From the IMG/VR virus record IMGVR_UViG_3300025502_000012: a stretch of 64,000 nucleotides of DNA, one strand, 5' to 3'. This document shows positions 58,680 to 64,000 of this stretch, one piece after another. The translations under genes and the position numbers were made by a program. This DNA is from an uncultured virus (IMG/VR IMGVR_UViG_3300025502_000012) (lineage: Duplodnaviria > Heunggongvirae > Uroviricota > Caudoviricetes). Each line of letters opens with the position of its first letter. The stretch's first letter is position 1. A model generated the notes under the pieces. The model made no database searches, had not been told where the DNA came from, and worked only from the letters and a program-made list of their open reading frames with translations.

Positions 58680-59619
58680 CAACTTTTGACACAGCATCCT
58701 TTAAATTTTCTAAAGGTACTAAACCTAAGTCTAATAGATAACCTCTTTTACCTGCGGCTTTTTTAGAAGTAAACTCTTTTACATATTCATCAATACCTGG
58801 TATGACACCAATGTGTTGATTTTTTACATAAAAGAATAATGGTCTACTTATTGGATAAGAACCATCTTGTATTGATTCTAAAGATATTTCTACATCTTCA
58901 ATTGTATGTGCTTGAACTTTATCCATTGAGTTATCGTAATAAGAGAAACCAAAAATACCAAAGTATTGTGGCTCACCTACTAACTTGTTAATAATCAAAG
59001 TATCGTTTTCACCCACTTCAATAACTGGTCCATCTTCTCTTAAAAGATAACAAGCCTTTTTACCTTTTTCTTTTAAGATTTCTTCTGGACAACCTTTTTT
59101 CATCACTAGACTATTCCAAGCATCTCTTGTACCAGATGTTGCTGGTGGAGTTAGAATTGCTATTTTATAGTCTGGTAAACTAGGATCAATATCTGACCAT
59201 TTAGTTGGTCTAGGACCTAAGTCAGCCATTGCTTCCCATAAGTGTTTTTTTGTAAAGTTATATTCTTTACCTTTTACAGAACTTGTAAATGCGATACCAT
59301 CTAATCCTACTATAACTTCAGTAATATCTGTGACACCATTATTTTTACAAAGTTTTATTTCTTTTGATTTGATCTTTCTACTTGCGTTTGACATATCGGG
59401 TGTGTTTACTCCGATACCAGCACAAAATAATTTCATACCACCACCAGTACCTGTAGATTCAATTACAGGTGTTTTAAACTTTCCTGACTTACCAAATCTT
59501 TCTGCTACAACTGTTGAAAATGGATATACGGTAGAACTACCAACTATATTAATTTGATCTCTTGCTTGTGCTGTTATTGTCATCAAAGACATTATAAAAG
59601 CGATTACTAATAATCTCAT
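58675..59619 (-). CDS. pstS: Phosphate ABC transporter substrate-binding protein
   Basis: Signal peptide, IVGSSTVYP, ESTGTGGG, ASR.IK, SGTRD, YPISRPLFFYVK. Confidence 0.93.
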   Translation of the reverse strand: MRLLVIAFIMSLMTITAQARDQINIVGSSTVYPFSTVVAERFGKSGKFKTPVIESTGTGGGMKLFCAGIGVNTPDMSNASRKIKSKEIKLCKNNGVTDITEVIVGLDGIAFTSSVKGKEYNFTKKHLWEAMADLGPRPTKWSDIDPSLPDYKIAILTPPATSGTRDAWNSLVMKKGCPEEILKEKGKKACYLLREDGPVIEVGENDTLIINKLVGEPQYFGIFGFSYYDNSMDKVQAHTIEDVEISLESIQDGSYPISRPLFFYVKNQHIGVIPGIDEYVKEFTSKKAAGKRGYLLDLGLVPLENLKDAVSKVE

Positions 59620-59652
59620 CTTATCTCCTATGTTTGTTAAGACTTAAAGTAT

Positions 59653-59793
59653 TTACCTTTTCTTTTTAGACTTTAACAAAACTTTAACAATTCTCTTTTC
59701 GTCTTTAGGTTGTTTCTCAATTAGCTTAAGGAAATAAATGGTGAGTAGTGAGTTGGGTTGGTAGGAGGTGTATTCGCTTCGTTTCTTATTCAC
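59653..59793 (-). CDS. Possible small basic protein (GTG start)
   Basis: 46-codon frame MNKKRSEYTSYQPNSLLTIYFLKLIEK...KKKR behind CTAAATA (59806-59812); overlaps the Pho box. Confidence 0.35.
   Translation of the reverse strand: MNKKRSEYTSYQPNSLLTIYFLKLIEKQPKDEKRIVKVLLKSKKKR
59669..59690 (-). promoter_or_regulatory. Pho-box-like tandem repeat
   Basis: TTGTTAAAGTT-TTGTTAAAGTC, 11-bp period, about 50 nt upstream of the pstS start. Confidence 0.6.
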
Positions 59794-59814
59794 AAAGTTT
59801 ACTTTTATTTAGTA

Positions 59815-60810
59815 TTACTTTGCTTTGAATAATATCCTTAAATAACGAGGTCCAGTATCAGTAGATGTAGTACCTCTAAATTGAAAATCTATCTCATAGT
59901 TATGTCCATTGACAACTGCTCTAAATCGTATAAAGTTATATTTTCTTACACCTGTTTCAGCATAACCATAACTGTCTTTAGTTAAACCAGATAATGAAAT
60001 CTTATGACCAAATCCTTTTATATTATCAATATGATTATTACCTGGACCAACTTTCAATACTAATACAATATCAGGTCCTAAGCATTGTATTAATAAATCT
60101 CTAAATCTTGTCAGTATAGATGAATAGTTATAATTCTTTGGTGTCTTTGCCGCATACTCTTTACCAAATGCTTTACCCATTTTAACACCATCAAAACCAA
60201 AGAACTCATTAATCATTGTTCTTACACTAGCAGTCGGTGATCTAAAGTAATTAATCACAGTCGCATTATAGATGTAAAATGAATTACTAAACTTTAAAGA
60301 TAGATGATGTAATACACGATTGCTTTTATTGTAGATATTGACATCAGATACTTTACCTTTAACATTGTTCGTCACAGTTGCTTTTGTCTTTGTAAAAGTA
60401 GGAGGTCTACGAGTATTTTCTGAACCCACTCCTTTAACATAATAACTGCTATCTTGTTTTAATCTTATAGTCTTAACTAATTGTTGAATAGTGTCAGGGT
60501 GTTTTAACTCATCATAGTCAGCACCTTTTAACCAGTTATTTAAATCAGCAACGATTTGGTCTTCAAACTTTAGACCACCCGCACCTTTTGCCGCCATAGG
60601 CTTAAACACTAATACTTGACTAGCGCCTGTGACATCTAATTCTGTAATCTTCTTTCGTGGGTTAAAGAGTATTCTATTTCTTTTAAAATACTTCTCCGTT
60701 TGTTCTTGTAGTGAAGTCCGATCTTTAGACCGAGCAAACAATTGCTTTCCCTTAACCTCAAACTTTACCCCTTTATAGAAGTCTAACTTTTCTAACTGTT
60801 GTTTTAACAT
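59815..60810 (-). CDS. PD-(D/E)xK-like nuclease-fold protein
   Basis: GLKFEDQI helix, SDVNIY...HLSLK core; TTGACT-17-TAGAGT promoter upstream. Confidence 0.5.
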   Translation of the reverse strand: MLKQQLEKLDFYKGVKFEVKGKQLFARSKDRTSLQEQTEKYFKRNRILFNPRKKITELDVTGASQVLVFKPMAAKGAGGLKFEDQIVADLNNWLKGADYDELKHPDTIQQLVKTIRLKQDSSYYVKGVGSENTRRPPTFTKTKATVTNNVKGKVSDVNIYNKSNRVLHHLSLKFSNSFYIYNATVINYFRSPTASVRTMINEFFGFDGVKMGKAFGKEYAAKTPKNYNYSSILTRFRDLLIQCLGPDIVLVLKVGPGNNHIDNIKGFGHKISLSGLTKDSYGYAETGVRKYNFIRFRAVVNGHNYEIDFQFRGTTSTDTGPRYLRILFKAK

Positions 60811-60895
60811 AATACTTACTCTATACTATATTTAGAGAAAAGTCAACAGAGAAATTTCGCTAAATTTTCAGAGTCGCTGGAGGGGGTGCTTGGCA

Positions 60896-61174
60896 CTAAT
60901 AAAGAAAGTAATCCTTAAACTTATTATACCAGTATTTCCCTGATTCTCTTAAAGTTTCATTCTGTTGTCTTAATCGTTCTAGTTTCCGTTCTAAGACACG
61001 CAGAGAAACTTTACTGATTGGCCGTTCAACCTTATACGACTTTTCTACTCTTTCAATTACAAAGTCAATATCGGGACAAGTATAGTCCGGTACTTTAGGA
61101 GCTAAACGCTTTAATCTTTTTAGATGTTTACTTCGATCAGTCTTTGTATTGACCTTATTAGTCCTTTTAAACAA
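60896..61174 (-). CDS. Hypothetical protein
   Basis: APKVPDYTCPDID, LERLRQQNETLRESG; TATAAATA at 61257-61264. Confidence 0.6.
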   Translation of the reverse strand: MFKRTNKVNTKTDRSKHLKRLKRLAPKVPDYTCPDIDFVIERVEKSYKVERPISKVSLRVLERKLERLRQQNETLRESGKYWYNKFKDYFLY

Positions 61175-61319
61175 ATCCGTGTCCTTCTATTGAGGATAGT
61201 CTAATCGCTGATGTGATGTGAAATTCGCTTGTTGTTGTTTTTCTTAAATACTCTATTATTTATAGACTCTATGGTTCCCTGAGACCATTCAACATGGATA
61301 TGTATAAGAACTCTGAACT

Positions 61320-61916
61320 CTACACTATAACGCTACAATTAAACGCTAAGGATATTCTATCGCTATCAGAATTGTTTGTCATCACTCTGTGTGTCAAAAA
61401 AGACGGAAACAATATTAACTCATTAGCAATTGGATTGTATTCATAATCAATGGTATTGTACGGCGTGTAATTATCTACTACATTCTTACCAAAGAACATA
61501 TCAAACATAGAAATCGGATTTGTAAAAACAATACCACCACTCCCTTTAGGAACACTTAAATAGAACACACCAGAGATTAACGACAATGGGTGTCTGTGAG
61601 CTATATTATAAGAACCAGGAGGATTAATGTTAATCCATAAATTGTCTATCTTTGTAGGCATTTTCATTCCAAGTCTTTGACAATACGCATTACAAGTATA
61701 ATCAATATCTTTAAACAATTCATTTAACGGAAGATGAGCGCCGGTTAGTATTTGACTTTGATAACCACCATCATTAGATACGACAACACTTGGATTGTTT
61801 CGTTTGTATTGAAGGACATAATCAATCATAGATTTGTTATCCAGATGATCAAACACTGTGTTGTATAATGGGGTTTTAAATATGTCTTGTATCATGTCGT
61901 CTATTGTATCATACAT
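61320..61916 (-). CDS. 2OG-Fe(II) oxygenase-like protein (true start may be ATG 61895)
   Basis: WININ..SYNIAHRH..ISGVFYL, LFPSFLTHRV, RISLAFN. Confidence 0.88.
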   Translation of the reverse strand: MYDTIDDMIQDIFKTPLYNTVFDHLDNKSMIDYVLQYKRNNPSVVVSNDGGYQSQILTGAHLPLNELFKDIDYTCNAYCQRLGMKMPTKIDNLWININPPGSYNIAHRHPLSLISGVFYLSVPKGSGGIVFTNPISMFDMFFGKNVVDNYTPYNTIDYEYNPIANELILFPSFLTHRVMTNNSDSDRISLAFNCSVIV

Positions 61917-61947
61917 TATTTATAAAGTCAATACTAAGCGTAAAAGA

Positions 61948-62033
61948 GAACAAACAAAGAACACGACTTCAAAAATACCCTACAAAAACAATGCAAATAA
62001 ACCATTGACATTCCACCGAATCTATGTTATACT
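61948..62033 (+). promoter_or_regulatory. Early promoter module with LexA-like box
   Basis: GAAC-AAACAAA-GAAC (61948-61962), TTGACA-17-TATACT with TG extension. Confidence 0.75.
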
Positions 62034-62060
62034 AAATGAATAACCAAAGGAGAAAACACT

Positions 62061-62231
62061 ATGATAAAAAACACTATAACAAAACAATCACTATTTAATA
62101 CATTTAAGACTTTAAATGATAATAAATCAAAGATATCGTTTCTAACGAAAATGAAGAATCTTAAATCATCTACAAATAAGTTGAAACATTTAGATATCAA
62201 TTTTGATAATCTAATTAAACTATACTCATAA
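62061..62231 (+). CDS. Small early hypothetical protein (not in ORF track)
   Basis: AAGGAG-AAAACACT-ATG; MIKNTITKQSLFNTFKTL...DINFDNLIKLYS. Confidence 0.7.
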   Translation: MIKNTITKQSLFNTFKTLNDNKSKISFLTKMKNLKSSTNKLKHLDINFDNLIKLYS

Positions 62232-62255
62232 ACTAACAAAGAGAGAAAACACACT

Positions 62256-62705
62256 ATGAAATATAATAGAAACTTAAACCTTGATATTGATAATAACGAT
62301 TATTATTATAGAATCAACAAAAACAAAAACAATCATATCGTACAACAAAAAGTAGACAGACCACAATATCTAAAAGATGATATAATGAGATTATCAACAA
62401 ATGAGTCACTTGATACGATTAGTGAAGTGTCGCCAGTTGTAGTTGATAATTGTTTAGAAGAATTTAAAAGACAAAATTTTAAAGAAGTAGTATCTTTAGT
62501 ATTGTCTTCTTTAAGACCACATGAAGAAAGAGTATTGCGTTTACGATTCGGTATAAACACAGAAGAACATACCTTAGAAGAAGTCGGCGTGAAGTTTCAT
62601 TTAACAAGAGATCGAATTAGACAAATAGAAGCGAAAGCGTTAAGAAAGTTAAAACACCCTTCTCGTTCTAAAGAATTGAAAGACTTTCTATCTCAATGTT
62701 TATAG
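62256..62705 (+). CDS. Stand-alone sigma-70 region-4 (RpoD C-terminal-like) protein
   Basis: [52 protein letters not shown]; no region 2. Confidence 0.9.
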   Translation: MKYNRNLNLDIDNNDYYYRINKNKNNHIVQQKVDRPQYLKDDIMRLSTNESLDTISEVSPVVVDNCLEEFKRQNFKEVVSLVLSSLRPHEERVLRLRFGINTEEHTLEEVGVKFHLTRDRIRQIEAKALRKLKHPSRSKELKDFLSQCL

Positions 62706-62887
62706 TCTAAAAAATATACTCGAAAAAAATTCAATATAAAGACTAAGCAATGAGCCGGAGATTGAGCGCCACCTTAATAGTACGAGAAAAAAAATAACTC
62801 TCAAGGTATGCCTTAAAGTTGTTATTACATTTATAGATTAGAAATAGCAACAGCTTTCATAAAGGCCTTTTCTATATACTGAGCAAT

Positions 62888-63964
62888 CTAAGGATTTAAA
62901 TCTATTGTAGAGCCTCGGTGTGTGACACCACCAGTAGTATTGGAAGTCTTTGTTCCTTCTATTGTTTCTGTTGTATTGCCGGCTACTTCTACCGTATAGT
63001 TCCCACCAACTTTTAAATTGTAGTCACCGCCGGCATTCATATTAATCTTTCCTTGTACTGTGTGTATATTAACATCGCCACTGTCTACTTGTATATTAAT
63101 GGAAGCGCCGGCTCCTATCTGTATATCATAGTGATTGTCCGTTGTATTACTCTTATTGATAAACAGCTTATGTCTGCCATCTATTGTAATGTCTGATTGG
63201 CCAGCGATTGCTATTCTTTTGTTAGCACTCATTAGCTCATACGAATCACCTTTGATTATCTCAATCTTATTGCCATCCTTGTCTATCTCATATGATGTTC
63301 CTGTTCTATGGCTCTCGTGTATTCTCTCATTGCCGCTGGTGTCATCAAATTCTCTTATATGTCCACTCTCACTTTCATAGACATGATTGTATGGATAATG
63401 CGCAGCATACGGTATCGCTGGCTGGTCAAATGTGTCACCATCAGACGAAACAGCATCAGAGCCATCGGCGTTGACAAAGGCGTTAAAGTCAGCTGTGGCT
63501 ATCCCAGTTAATCGTGTTGATTGTCGTAATGTTAAAGATAGATGTGGATTGTCCTCATTGTTCACAGCTAATCTATTGACATCAGGTTCTTGTTTGTATT
63601 TGGGATAGATACCATTCGGGTCATAGAATCCACCAGCTTGCGACAGCTCCGATGGCTTCCCTGGTAAAGAACCAAGGACCAATGGCTCTTGCTTATTGTT
63701 CCCATCTCTAAAGTATCCAAACACCCAAGAGCCTTCTACTAGACCTAATGGCGTTTGACCTAATCCACTTATACCTGAACTTGTAATAGGAAGAACAACT
63801 TGCGCCCATGGTAAATCAGCTGTAGGAAGAATACTTTGATTGCTTGTGTGATGGCCAAGTGCTCTCACTCTTACTCTGCCTGCGAACTCCGGGTCTTGTC
63901 TATTCTCTACAACGCCAACGAACCACAGAAAACCATTGTGTCCTATAAATTTGTCATTAATCAT
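62888..63964 (-). CDS. gp5: Baseplate hub/spike protein, no lysozyme domain
   Basis: WFVGVVENRQDP...GRVRVR, LPWAQ, GSWVFGYFRDG, YPYNHVYESESGHIREFDD, C-terminal beta-helix repeats. Confidence 0.92.
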   Translation of the reverse strand: MINDKFIGHNGFLWFVGVVENRQDPEFAGRVRVRALGHHTSNQSILPTADLPWAQVVLPITSSGISGLGQTPLGLVEGSWVFGYFRDGNNKQEPLVLGSLPGKPSELSQAGGFYDPNGIYPKYKQEPDVNRLAVNNEDNPHLSLTLRQSTRLTGIATADFNAFVNADGSDAVSSDGDTFDQPAIPYAAHYPYNHVYESESGHIREFDDTSGNERIHESHRTGTSYEIDKDGNKIEIIKGDSYELMSANKRIAIAGQSDITIDGRHKLFINKSNTTDNHYDIQIGAGASINIQVDSGDVNIHTVQGKINMNAGGDYNLKVGGNYTVEVAGNTTETIEGTKTSNTTGGVTHRGSTIDLNP

Positions 63965-64000
63965 TTTTATTTTTTCCGATATGCCTTTTGTTTTAATACA

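Noticed and set aside
59763..59770. Anti-Shine-Dalgarno-like CACCTCCT on the minus strand
   Set aside because: A single 8-mer inside a possible small ORF, with no supporting structure; cannot be told from chance
62027..62560. Minus-strand ORFs 62027..62254 and 62333..62560
   Set aside because: Antisense to + strand genes that have a clear promoter and RBS
62706..62887. Gap between the sigma-4 gene and gp5 as a possible ncRNA
   Set aside because: No convincing stem-loop, promoter or ORF found by eye
1..64000. CRISPR arrays, introns, inteins, integrase, transposase, stop-codon reassignment
   Set aside because: No spaced repeats seen; core genes such as gp17, gp20, gp23, uvsW and gp46 are normal length and uninterrupted in the standard code

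Overview
AT-rich 64-kb segment of a large T4-like myovirus genome, almost entirely encoded on the minus strand. It holds the virion morphogenesis block (gp5, PAAR, gp25, gp6/7/8, a large VrlC-like protein, fibre/adaptor proteins, gp13-gp23, gp3), followed by uvsY, uvsW, gp55, gp47 and gp46, peptide deformylase, a C5 DNA methyltransferase and a MoxR-AAA/VWA pair. About 14 2OG-Fe(II) oxygenase/cupin genes are scattered through the window. Several independent sequence clues point to a marine alphaproteobacterial, probably SAR11-like, host: a tRNA-His with G1-U72/A73, GAAC-N7-GAAC LexA-type boxes, an RpoD-like sigma region 4 and the PstS type. The most interesting part is the accessory island between gp5 and PAAR (about 55.7-62.9 kb). 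It carries a Pho-box-preceded pstS, directly followed by an intact glutamine-I (glnA-motif) riboswitch that controls a small, very basic 51-aa ORF missing from the ORF track. The island also carries a stand-alone sigma-70 region-4 protein and LexA-box early-promoter modules. Many promoters look leaderless, and a tail-fibre/chaperone gene pair has decayed by internal deletion. All calls come from reading the sequence; no database search was run.
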